The notes beneath the pieces were generated by a model. The model did not search any database. It had not been told where the DNA came from and saw only the letters and a program-made list of their open reading frames with translations. The translations under genes were made by a program, and so were the position numbers. A stretch of 64,000 bases of DNA from Octopus vulgaris (lineage: Eukaryota), in assembly GCA_951406725.2 (NCBI GenBank), contig OX597832.1, positions 52,204,001 to 52,268,000 on the forward strand. Direction: 5' to 3'. Of this stretch, positions 1 through 11,653 are shown piece by piece (the first letter of the stretch is position 1; every line of letters starts with the position of its first letter).

Positions 1-107
1 TGGGTATGAATAATCGGATACACTACCGGCAGTGTATTTAAATAGGTACTATCCCTTAGTTGGTTTCTCAACCTCTAACTCACACACACACACACATATA
101 TATATAT

Positions 108-842
108 AAATTTAAATAAGCGGAAAATGGAGAAAACTTTTGATCAACAAACAAATTGTCCAACATCGGTTGATTATTTTTTAATACAAAACATGACATA
201 ACATTTCTTACAGCCGTTTCCGCTACCAATGTCAGTCGGTGCTTACGAAAGAAATTCTGATTTGATCTAATATGTAGAGTTTCATCAGAGTGACCACAAA
301 TGCATAAAATAAAATTAAACGAAGTGAAGAGGGAAGAGAAAAGAACAGGGCCTCAAAATGAGGCCTGAAGGCTTAATATATTAAAATCATACCATCCTGC
401 AGGGTGGAGCTTGAAGCATACACACCCTGGTTCCCCTTTATAGAGAGGTACCCCATAAATATTTTCTCTAGATCACTGCTAGTTAACTCTTTTGCCTATC
501 GACTTCAAGCTCCATGCTTCAAAATGGTATGATTTTAATATATTGTGACTTCTGGCCTCATCTTAAGGCCCTGTTCTTTCCTCTTTCCTCTTCCCTTCAT
601 TTATTTTATTTTCGCATTTGTATTCACTCTGCGGAAGCTCTATGTACTATATCAAATGTGCTATGAAGACAGCAAATATTATTTTCGGAATTTCTTTCAT
701 AAGCACTGACTGGTACATCGGTATCGGAAACAGCTGTAAGAAATGTTATGTCATGTTTTGTATTAAAAAATAATCAACCGATGTTGGACAATCTGTTTGT
801 TTGTTGATCAAAAGTTTTCTCCATTTTCTGCTTATTCAAATT
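108..842. repeat. Fold-back inverted repeat (~310-340 bp arms, ~85 bp spacer), probably Penelope-like element termini
   Basis: 108-417 is the reverse complement of ~503-842 (e.g. ggagaaaacttttgatcaacaaac / gtttgttgatcaaaagttttctcc). It lies next to (CA)/(TA) repeats and carries a degenerate hammerhead-like core. Confidence 0.85.
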
Positions 843-1026
843 TGATTCCCGATAAACTTTTGTTTATTCTATTGTTACCTGTATCCTATGAGCATAGTGT
901 GCTTGCATACCCATGCCCAGTGATAGCATAGGTAAATAATACCGATAGAAAAAAGAATACTATTATCCCTTAGACGGTTATTCCAGCCGCTAACTCTGCT
1001 TACCTTATATATGTATGTATATACAT

Positions 1027-1450
1027 AACCAGCCCGCTCATAAGTACCTTGAGGAGACCTATTGAGTCAAGTACATCAACATCAAAATCAAATCAAGTTA
1101 CAATCAAATGGAAATTGTAGCTGTGACCCCCGTGCTGGTGGCACGTAAAAAGCACCATCCAAACGTGGCCAATGCCAGTACCGCTTTGACTGGCTTCCAT
1201 GCCAATGGCACGTGAAAAGCACCATCCGATTGTGGTCGATACCAGCTCCCCTGGCTCCTGTGCCAGTGGCATGTAAAAAGCACCCACTACACTCTTGGAG
1301 TGGTTGGCATTAGGAAGGGCATCCAGCTCTAGAAACACTGCCAGATCAGACAGGGGCCTGGTGCAGCCTCCTGGCTTTCCAGACCCAGTTGAACCGTCCA
1401 ACCCATGCCAGCATGGAAAACGGACATTAAACGATGATGATGATGATGAT
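1027..1450 (+). mobile_element. Non-autonomous retroposon with (GAT)n tail (family D, RTE-like 3' end)
   Basis: ...ggcattaggaagggcatccagct...catggaaaacggacattaaacgatgatgat; the same sequence recurs many times in the window. Confidence 0.75.
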
Positions 1451-1474
1451 GATATATATATATATATACACAAA

Positions 1475-1625
1475 GGGCTTCTTTCAGTTTCCGTCTACCA
1501 AATCCACTCACAAGGCTTTGGTCGGCCCGAGGCTATAGAAGAAGACACTTGCCCAAGGTGCCATGCAGTGAGACTGAACCAGAAACCATATGGCTAGGAA
1601 ACAAACTCCTTACCACACTGCCACA
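1475..1625 (-). mobile_element. tRNA-derived SINE family A, 5' half
   Basis: Reverse complement of 5002-5152. Confidence 0.85.
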
Positions 1626-1753
1626 TCTCACAACAATCCCAGATTCCCAAACCCCTTGATGTTTGGCTGATTTGAAAACTAATGGAAAGCTTTGTTTCAT
1701 AACTATGTCTTTTGATTCATTTATCTTCATTCTAATTTATGCGAATAAATTAC

Positions 1754-1839
1754 CTTTCTTGGCCAGCAGTATCCCATAACTGAAGATGAATTCTTTGACT
1801 TCGTCCCACAGTTCCATCAGCACTAGGTATCCGATGGAC
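1754..1839 (-). CDS. Rab27: Rab27 small GTPase coding exon (VHRIPSADGTVGRSQRIHLQLWDTAGQE/R)
   Basis: 86-nt exon with ttttag acceptor and gtaatt donor. Encodes the G3 motif WDTAGQE and the Rab27-specific insert before RIHLQLW. Phase 0 join to the 4776-4882 exon. Downstream exons lie outside the window. Confidence 0.96.
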
Positions 1840-2163
1840 CTAAAATCCAAGATAAAAACATACTGTATATTGCAAAAAAAAAAAGTCTGGAAACCACAAA
1901 CGTAAAATATTTCTAAACTGGAACTATTTGTCATTCTTAAGCAAGAATGTTGTTGAAAGTGACTTCAAAGCTTCAGCCAGCTATGAATAATAAATTTGTA
2001 CTCTACAAAAGTATAGAGTAACCCAAGCGTCACCAACCTTTTGATAATGGAATGTCAAACCTAGCTTCCAAAAGCATTGCACGTACCAACCTCATATTAC
2101 TAGTTTTATTAGTAGAGTTTATGCTTTTAAAACTCGCTATAACAGAAATCTATTTTATTAATA

Positions 2164-2600
2164 TGTAGCAGCACAAGCAGTCAGTGCCATATTGGATGAG
2201 ACCTCGCAGCAGCCATGGCCATCTCTGAGACTGGAGCGAGACCTCACTTGCATCCATTTGCCATGCGCGAGATCACAAGGCTTGCAATGGCAAAACTGTA
2301 TATAAGGGCAAAACAGAAACAGATTCACTCTCTCTCTCTCTCTGCCTCTTCACAGCAGTGCTTGCTGAGCACACTTCACTGGCTGGGCCTGTCTGCATGT
2401 TGTACCTTCAGAGGCAATGTGCCCGCACTAATGGAGATACACAGCTCGAGATGGTTGCTGAGAGCAATGCACTTCACCTGTACATTGCAATTGTACTTAA
2501 AGACTTTCTTCGCCTGCCGGAGCCTGATCTACACAAAGAACAAAATATAATGGGAGAAGGCAATGTTCTCTCGATATCGTAAACCTTGCCTTCCATTATA
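2164..2600 (+). mobile_element. Putative solo LTR (Gypsy-type)
   Basis: Starts TGTAGC; GC-richer ~437 bp block with TATATAAG at ~2300 followed by a (CT)n tract; ends ...CATTATA. A 4-bp AATA target duplication is recovered once the adjacent Helitron is removed. Confidence 0.6.
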
Positions 2601-2602
2601 AA

Positions 2603-3002
2603 TCTTTATATATAAAAGTCAAGTTGTGTGTCTGTCTCCTACGATTTAGATTCCTAACTACTCCCACATTTTGCGGTGCAGTTTAACCAAAACCGGGTAT
2701 CTTATAGTCGTGATTCATATCAAGCCCTTCTGGGTATTAGTGCACGTCTACGATGAGTCTACGATTTAAAAAAAAAATTTACCATCATTTTTTTTTCCAT
2801 TTTAATGCATTTTTTCGCTATTATATAAGGGAAGTAACTCTCTAAAAATGTCTACGATGAGTCAACGATTTTTAAAAAAATTTACCACAATTTTTTTCCA
2901 TTTTTAATGCATTTTTTTGCTATTTTTTGGCTATAACTCTCTAAAAATGCTTATATAGTTATTTCCCTTACAAACCCGAGCAACGCCGGGCGATACTGCT
3001 AG
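2603..3002 (+). mobile_element. Non-autonomous Helitron
   Basis: 5' TC(TTTATATAT), 3' hairpin CCCGAGCAACGCCGGG then CTAG, inserted between A and T; internal ~105 bp tandem duplication. Confidence 0.85.
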
Positions 3003-3499
3003 TAATTTAATAATTCAAATTGCATGAAAACAAATATAATTTTATTTAAAAAATTAATTTGAAAAAATTTTTCAAATTATAAACAACAGAACAAAAACAT
3101 AAAAAAGTTATAAACAACAGTTTCATTAACCTAAATTTCTATAAAATAATGAGAACCTTTGATGGGTTACTCAGTAAGCCATCAAATTAATATAAAATCG
3201 TTTTTATTATAACTGAACATACAACAAACATTAATCTAAGCTGGGACTAACAACTTAACAATAAAGCATCCGAGTAACAAAACTTCTAGATCATGTAGAT
3301 TTGATAGGAGCACAGTTTATAACGAGCCAATTCAGTGTCCAAAATCCTTAGGTTAAACCAAAGCATTTGACCCAAGCAAGAAAACAAAGGAAAAATAGTG
3401 ACCCCAGTGCTTATTCGTTTAGAGCAAGTTGTTTTACACCTATTACACTATTCTTCTTTTGTTTTTTTGCTCAGGTCAAACACTTTAGTTTAACCAATA

Positions 3500-3953
3500 T
3501 TTATTTCTTTATTGCTCACAGGGGGTTAAATATAGAGAGGAAAAACAAGGACAGAGGGATTAAGTCGATTACATTGACCCTAGTGTGTAACTGGTACTTA
3601 TTTAATCAACCCCAAAAGGATGAAAGGCAAAGTTGACCTCAGCGGAATTTGAACTCAGAAAGTAACGGCAGAAGAAATACCTATTTCTTTACTACCCATA
3701 AGGGGCTAAACACAGAGGGGACAAACAAGGACTGACATAAGTATTAAGTCGATTACATCGACCCCAGTGCGTGACTGGTACTTAATTTATCGACCCTGAA
3801 AGGATGAAAGGCAAAGTCGACCTTGGCGGAATTTGAACTCAGAACGCAACGGCAGATGAAATACAGCTAAGCATTTCGCCCGGTGTGCTAACGTTTCTGC
3901 CACCGCTAGTATTTCACCTGGCAAGCTAGCGATTCTGCCAGCTCGCCGCCTTC
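3500..3953 (-). mobile_element. tRNA-derived SINE family B, tandem partial dimer
   Basis: Reverse complement of aaggcggcgagctggcagaatcg...gagttcaaattccg...cagttacgcactggggtcgatgtaatcgac; the body is present twice. Confidence 0.85.
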
Positions 3954-4110
3954 AGTGTCCATAAATATTAGCTTACCAACAACTTGAACAATGCTACAAA
4001 CAATTAGAAAATCTCCCTTGTAGCAAAAAATAAATGTGTATATACAAGAGTTTCTGTAAGATCTATTGTGAGTATATCTTTGACAGGCCCTGGTATTTGA
4101 AGAACACGAT

Positions 4111-4449
4111 GCTGGTTTCTATGTGCTTACTAGTCCTACGAGAAATGTTGTTTGTTCCTTCTCGAGCCATGCCTGGCTCATAAGGGCCGGTTTCCTGGTT
4201 TCCTTGTCGTATAGGTTCCCCACCTGAATGGGACGCCGGCCCGTCGCAGGTGAGCTGCAAGACGCAGGAGGAAAGAGTGAGAGAAAGTTGTGGCAAAAGT
4301 GTCAGCAGATGTTTGTCATTACCTTCTGTCGGAGCCGCGTGGAGCTTAGGTATTTTGCTTATAAACACACACATTGCCCAGTCTGAGATTCGAACCTGCA
4401 ATCCCTCGACTGCAAGTCCGCTGCTCTAACCACCAGGCTATGCGCCTCC
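4111..4449 (-). mobile_element. tRNA-derived SINE family C
   Basis: Minus-strand head GGAGGCGCATAGCCTGGTGGTTAGAGCAGCGGAC...GGTTCGAATC (A and B boxes); related to 40783-41070. Confidence 0.75.
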
Positions 4450-4775
4450 ACCCTACAAGAAATAACAGGGCCCAAAACCCCAGAGAACTTTCTCAAGGTC
4501 CAATGTCTGCCTTGATATGGTTTCAATGGCTGGATGTCCTTCCAAATGCCAACCCCTTTGCACAATATATTGGGAGCTTTTTTCATGACATTATCACTAG
4601 TGAGGTTGCCAAGTAACCCGTAAGTTGGCTTTAAATGTTCTAATAAAACAAGTTGTTTATTTCAGTTTTAAAAAGAAAGAAAATAAATTTACACTCTTGA
4701 TTAAAATGCATAAACTCGTCAAGAAAAAACAGCGCCTGAGAATATAAATTAGTAATTGCAGTTTAATCAACTTAC

Positions 4776-4882
4776 CACTCGTTTTTCTCGGAAATCAATT
4801 CCTACTGTTGAAGTAAATTTGGAGACGAATGTATTATCTGTGTACTGATACAGAAAACTTGTTTTGCCTACTCCAGAATCAC
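4776..4882 (-). CDS. Rab27: Rab27 coding exon ([36 protein letters not shown])
   Basis: 107-nt exon with tttcag acceptor and gtaagt donor. Encodes the P-loop GDSGVGKT and switch I TVGIDF; LYQYTD...FREKRV is Rab27-diagnostic. Confidence 0.97.
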
Positions 4883-4994
4883 CTGAAAACATAATTAGTG
4901 GCATATATACATGTAGGAATATATATATTGGTGGTTGGGGGAGGGGGGTAAATATATCCGCTACAAAAAAATATTTTAAAAAAATTTGCTGTAT

Positions 4995-5383
4995 CGCAGG
5001 AGTGGCTGTGTGGTAAGTATCTTGCTTACCAACCACGTGGTTCGAGGTTCAGTCCCACTGCGTGGCACCTTGGGCAAGTGTCTTCTACTATAGCCTCGGG
5101 CCGACCAAAGCCTTGTGAGTGGATTTGGTAGACGGAAACTGAAAGAAGCCCGTCGTATATATATGTATATATATATATGTTTGTGTGTCTGTGTTTGTTC
5201 CCCTAGCTTTGCTTGACAACCGATGCTGGTGTGTTTATGTCCCCGTTACTTAGCGGTTCAGCAAAAGAGACCGATAGAATAAGTACTGGGCTTACAAAGA
5301 ATAAGTCCCGGGGTTGAGTTGCTTGATTAAAGGCGGTGCTCCAGCATGACCGCAGTCAAATGACTGAAACAAGTAAAAGAGAG
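4995..5383 (+). mobile_element. SINE family A, full length
   Basis: gcaggagtggctgtgtggtaag (A box)...ggttcagtccc (B-box-like)...gactgaaacaagtaaaagag tail. Confidence 0.9.
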
Positions 5384-5642
5384 TGTATATTTTCATTGAA
5401 GGTGAGGTGAAATGCACAGTTGTGCTAAGTGAGGTGGAGTGAAGAGAAGCAGGAGGAGAATGAATTAATGTGTAAGCACCACAAGGGAAGAGAAAGGGGG
5501 TGAGAAAGAAAGAGAGCAGACAATGAAGGGAAGACAAAGAGAAGAAAAGGGGGGGGGAGAAAGAGAGTAAAAACCGGAAAGATGAACAACGGTTGGAGAA
5601 GTGAAAAACTCATTCACACACATATTGACAAAAGTGCACGTA

Positions 5643-6039
5643 TTACTCTTTTACGCTTTTACTTGTTTCAGTCATTTGACTGCGGCCATGCTGGAGTACC
5701 GCCTTTAGTCAAGCAAATCGACCCCGAGACTTATTCTTTGTAAGCCCAGTACTTATTCTATCGGTCTCTTTTGCCGAACTGCTAAGTGACGGGGACGTAA
5801 ACACACCAGCATCGGTTGTCAAACAATGCTAGGGGGACAAACACAGACACACAAACATATATATATACATATATAAGACAGGCTTCTTTCAGTTTCCGTC
5901 AACCAAATCTACTCACAAGGCTTTGGTCAGCCTGAGGCTATAGTAGAAGACACTTGCCCAAGATGCCACGCAATGGGACTGAACCCGGAACCATGTGGTT
6001 GGTAAGCAAGCTACTTACCACACAGCCACTCTTGCGCCT
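5643..6039 (-). mobile_element. SINE family A, full length, inverted relative to 4995-5383
   Basis: Near-complete reverse complement of the preceding copy. Confidence 0.9.
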
Positions 6040-6258
6040 ATATACATATATACATATGATTACATCATCGGTGGTTGGCATAATAAAATTTGAAAATTTT
6101 TTTCAATTTCGAGTATGGTGCCTTTGAGATTTTCACTGCAAAAATCAATCATTGCTTAATATTTGATTAAAACTTCAAATCTAGGAAAAATGGGAAAAAA
6201 TAAACAAACTGTTCTCAATCAACTACAGTAATCTAATCAACACGTGCATACATATTCA

Positions 6259-6290
<32 letters not shown>

Positions 6291-6464
6291 TTTCAAATGC
6301 TGAAACAGAAATACCTCATGCTGAAAATTTTTTTTAATTATTTAAAGCGAAAAGATGCTATTTGTTTATTTCTTTTCTGTCTCACACTCACAGAAATGGT
6401 GTGTGTGTGCATGTGTAGGTATGGTGATGCAAACAGGAAAAATAGAATTAAAAAAATGGGTATA

Positions 6465-6705
6465 TCATCATCATCATCATCATCATCGTTTAACGTCCGT
6501 TTTCCACGCTAGCACGGGTTGGACGGTTTCGACCGGGGTCTGGAGAGCTCGGGACTGCCCCAGGCACCAGTCTAGTCTGGCAGTGTTTCTACAGCTGGAT
6601 GCCCTTCCTAACGCCAACCACTCCGCGAGTGTAGTGGGTGTTTTTTTACGTGCCACCTGCACTTGTGCCAGTGGGGTCTGGCATCGGCCACGTTCGGTTG
6701 GTGCT
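6465..6705 (-). mobile_element. Family D retroposon
   Basis: (CAT)n gtttaacgtccgttttccacgctagc...ggatgcccttcctaacgccaacc. Confidence 0.75.
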
Positions 6706-6792
6706 TTTTTTTTTTTTTTTTTTTGTATATTTTTATTAAGATTTAGCAGAAGCAACAGTGACTGAACAGGTGAGAGTTGTTGGCACTTATCA

Positions 6793-6815
6793 CTCTCTCT
6801 CTCTCTCTCTCTCTG

Positions 6816-6875
<60 letters not shown>

Positions 6876-7086
6876 TATATATACATACATATATATATGC
6901 ATATATATATACATATATATGCATATATATACATACATATATATATGCATATATATATACATATATATATATATGCATATATATATACATATATATATAT
7001 ATGCATATATATATACATATATGTATATATATACATACTTATATATATGCATATATATACATATATATATGTGCATATATATATAC

Positions 7087-7117
<31 letters not shown>

Positions 7118-7433
7118 CATACATATATATATATACGTATATATATATATACATACATATATATATATATACATACATATATATATACATACATATATAT
7201 ATATACGTATATATATATACATACATATATATATATATATACATACATACATATATATATATATACATACATATATATATACATACATATATATATACAT
7301 ATATACATACATATATATACATATATACATACATATATATACATATATACATACATAGATACATATACATATATATATACATATATATATATACATACAT
7401 ATATACATATACATATATATATATGTATATATA

Positions 7434-7495
<62 letters not shown>

Positions 7496-7663
7496 CATAC
7501 ATATATACATATATATATACATATACATACATATATACATATATATATACATACATATATACATATATATATACATACATACATATATATATACATACAT
7601 ATATACATATATATATATATACATACATATATATATACATACATATATACATATATATATATA

Positions 7664-7699
<36 letters not shown>

Positions 7700-8085
7700 T
7701 ACATATATACATATATATACATACATATATACATATATATATACATACATATATACATATATATATATACATACATATATACATACATATATATATATAC
7801 ATATATACATATATATATACACATATATATATATACATATATATATATATACACATATATATATATACATATACATATATACATATACATATATACATAT
7901 ACATATATACATATACATATATATATATACATATATATATACATATATATACATATATATACATATACATATATATACATATATATATATATACACATAT
8001 ATATATACACATATATATATACACATATATATATACACATATATATATACATATATATATACACATATATATATACATATATATC
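6793..8085. repeat. Complex (CT)n/(TA)n/(TACA)n microsatellite, ~1.3 kb
   Basis: Directly visible; source of the spurious YI-rich ORFs. Confidence 0.98.
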
Positions 8086-8086
8086 G

Positions 8087-8732
8087 TATCAAATCAAATC
8101 GAACCAAATCAAAATAGATGAACATCAATGGAATTTGTATCCTTGTGGAAAATAGTGCCGGTGGCACATAAGAAAACCATCCGAACGTGACCGTAGCCAG
8201 TACCGCAATGACTGGCCTCCGTGCTGAGGGCACGTAACAAACACCATCCGAGCGTGGCCGTCCGCCAGCCTCGTCTAGCACCTGTGTCGGTGACACATAA
8301 GAAAACACCATCCGAGCGTGGCCGTCTGCCAGCCTCGTCTGGCACCTGTGTCGGTGGCACATAAAAAACACCATCCGAGCGTGGCCGTCTGCCAGCCTCG
8401 TCTGGCACCTGTGTCGGTGGCACATAAAAAACACCATCCGAGCGTGGCCGTCTGCCAGCCTCGTCTGGCACCTGTGTCGGTGGCACATAAAAAACACCAT
8501 CCGAGCGTGGCCGTCTGCCAGCCTCGTCTGGCACCTGTGTCGGTGGCACATAAAATCACCCACTACACTCTCGGAGTGGTTGGCGTTAGGAAGGGCATCC
8601 AGCTGTAGAAACACTGCCACATCTGACTGGCCTGGTGCAGCCTTCGGGCTTCCCAGACCCCAGTTGAACCGTCCAACCCATGCTAGCATGGAAAGCGGAC
8701 GTTAAACGATGATGATGATGATGATGATGATG
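8087..8732 (+). mobile_element. Family D retroposon with internal 63-bp tandem array (5 units, 8242-8554)
   Basis: Unit caccatccgagcgtggccgtctgccagcctcgtctggcacctgtgtcggtggcacataaaaaa starts at 8242, 8306, 8369, 8432 and 8495; (GAT)n tail. Confidence 0.85.
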
Positions 8733-9342
<610 letters not shown>

Positions 9343-9609
9343 CACATCATTTAACATCCGCTTTCCATGCTGGCATGTGTGTGACTGTGTGTCTGTGTTT
9401 GTCCCCCAAGACCACTTGACAACTGGTGTTGGTATGTTTGCATCCTCATAACTTAGCCGTTTGGCAAAAGAGACCAACAAAGTAAGTACCAGGCTTAAAC
9501 AATATAAGTATTAGGATTGATTCATTCAACTAAAATACTTCTGGTCAGTCTAATGAGTGAAACAAGTAAAAGATAATATATATATATATATATATATATA
9601 TAATAATTA

Positions 9610-10352
9610 TTATTTGAGGGAATATAAATCGAAACTTACAGGGGAAAAAATTCAATTTAGAAATACTAAATCAAATTTCACAATATATAATATATATATA
9701 AAAAAATTAGAAAAAAAACACCATTTATCAATTTAAAATGAACAATTAAATTACACCATCTAGAAAATTACATATAATAGAAATAGAAATATTAATATGT
9801 ATATTATATACGTTTTTTTTTGTTTTTTTTTGCAATTTACTTAATCATTGATATTTTATTGTTATTTTAATTTTAATATTTCTATTATATATAAATTAAA
9901 GAAAAACCACTATTATGTAATTCAAATAATGATAGACGTAAATTATACCATATAGAAAAAATAAAATATATGATAAAACATTTATCTAGATCACAATAAA
10001 GTATATAAAATAAACAGTATATAATTAAGAAATAGACTATGTAAATTGAATTGTTTTTGGATCGATTAAATTTAAATTTAATTGTAATTCAAATTGAAGA
10101 TATAGCTACGAAATGTACATAGTGTATTTATTAATTATATACTGTTTATTATTATGTACTTTATTGTGATCTAGATAAATGTTTTATCATATATTTTTTA
10201 TTTATTCTATATGGTATGATTTACGTCTATCATTGTTTGAATTACATAGTAGTGGTTTTCCTCTAATTTATATATATATATATATTTATATTGTGAAATT
10301 TGATTTAATACTAAATTGAATTTTTCCCTGTAAGTTTGGAGTTATACTCCTT

Positions 10353-10355
<3 letters not shown>
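9610..10355. repeat. AT-rich nested fold-back (Penelope-like termini) embedded in (TA)n
   Basis: 9615-9690 vs 10285-10352, and 9896-10030 vs 10130-10270, are reverse complements. Confidence 0.75.
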
Positions 10356-10412
<57 letters not shown>

Positions 10413-11074
10413 TGCACCAACAGGAAAGTGTTGAATAAGTAAACTGTAGAATATAATAAGGTGCATAATTATGTACCTGATGGTAAAGCAACCTACAAAG
10501 GTGTTACTTGTGGTTTTGGGTCCCTTTGCAATCTGTTAGCAAGCATCCACTGAGAAAACTTTTTGTCAGGGAATTGGTACTTTCTGTCAGTGGTACAGGC
10601 TCCAGCCAAAGGCTCATTGTACCAAAAGTGAGGTACTAACTGGAGTATCTGGTACAGACATAAATGTTACATGAAACTGAACAGCCACTTCATGCAAGTA
10701 TTAAATCGTTAGCATAAATTTAATCATCATCATCAATTAATGTCTGTTTTCCATGCTGGTATGGGTTGGATGATTTGAATGGAGCCAGCAAGCCAGAGAG
10801 CTACATAAGGCTCCAATGTCTGCTTTGGTATGGTTTCTACAGCTGGATACCTTTCTTAATGCTGGGTTCTTTTTACATGGCACCAACACCAGTGAGGTCA
10901 CCAAGTAACTTGCAAAACAAGACCCCTTGATGGAGGAAGTGACAGGGAGTAATATTCATGGAGGTGAGTTTTATGCCAGGTGATGAGAGGTTAATATAAC
11001 TAAGATCTGCTATTTTACAAATTATTCAGAAAGAAAATATGACGAGATGGTTTTTTTTTTTTTTTCCAACATAC

Positions 11075-11155
11075 CTAATGCCAAGAACTTAAGAAGATAA
11101 TCATAATCTGCAGAGGAAGTAGGGTTGGCTGCTGCTGAGGCACCAGATTCTGGCT
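11075..11155 (-). CDS. Rab27: Rab27 coding exon (x-PESGASAAANPTSSADYDYLLKFLAL/G)
   Basis: 81-nt phase1-phase1 exon with a strong polypyrimidine/TAG acceptor and gtatgt donor. DYDYLLKFLALG is the Rab27 N-terminal motif and joins in frame to 4882. It contains no in-frame ATG. Confidence 0.93.
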   Translation of the reverse strand, partial: SQNLVPQQQPTLLPLQIMIIFLSSWH

Positions 11156-11618
11156 CTAATAAAAGAAACAAAAGAAAAATATTTTTAAATGCTTTGTCAA
11201 CAAAGAAAATTTATATTTTCCTAAAAGACAACATTGTTTATTAACAGAAGCAAACAAGGTACTACTACTATTACTGCTACTACTACTACTACTACTACTA
11301 CTACTATTACTCATATAATTTATGCTCAACCTTTAAAATTGTTAATGTACAGAGTATACTTTTCTGTTAACAGAATTTTTTTCCATGAAAGAATAGAAAA
11401 TTATAATGGCTCTATTGTTTAGGGATATATTATAATGGATTCATTATATGTGAAACTACTGAAGCAGTTTGTGACTCAAACCATTATCTCTGATGTAAGT
11501 ATGATAGTCAAAAAGAATAAAGATTCTTCCTGTTGCACCTGTCTTTTATTTATTATTATTATTATTTTGGTATACTATCCTTCAGTATATTATTAGTTCA
11601 CCAGTTCTTCTTCTTCTT

Positions 11619-11651
<33 letters not shown>

Positions 11652-11653
<2 letters not shown>

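Noticed and set aside
1737-1934. 65-aa ORF from the track
   Set aside because: Wrong frame; the true Rab27 exon (1754-1839) is in another minus frame.
4883-5036. N-terminal part of ORF 4767-5036 as the Rab27 N-terminus
   Set aside because: It is intron plus SINE; a tttcag acceptor at 4883 and the DYDY exon at 11075-11155 give the real frame.
8242-8554. CRISPR-like periodic array
   Set aside because: Units are identical throughout with no unique spacers, lie inside a retroposon in eukaryotic DNA, and no cas genes are present.
10470-10700. Possible extra minus-strand exon ending CAG|GTACAT
   Set aside because: It would interrupt the in-frame LALG/DSGVGK junction; the ATG-initiated frame stops before the donor and has no recognisable homology.
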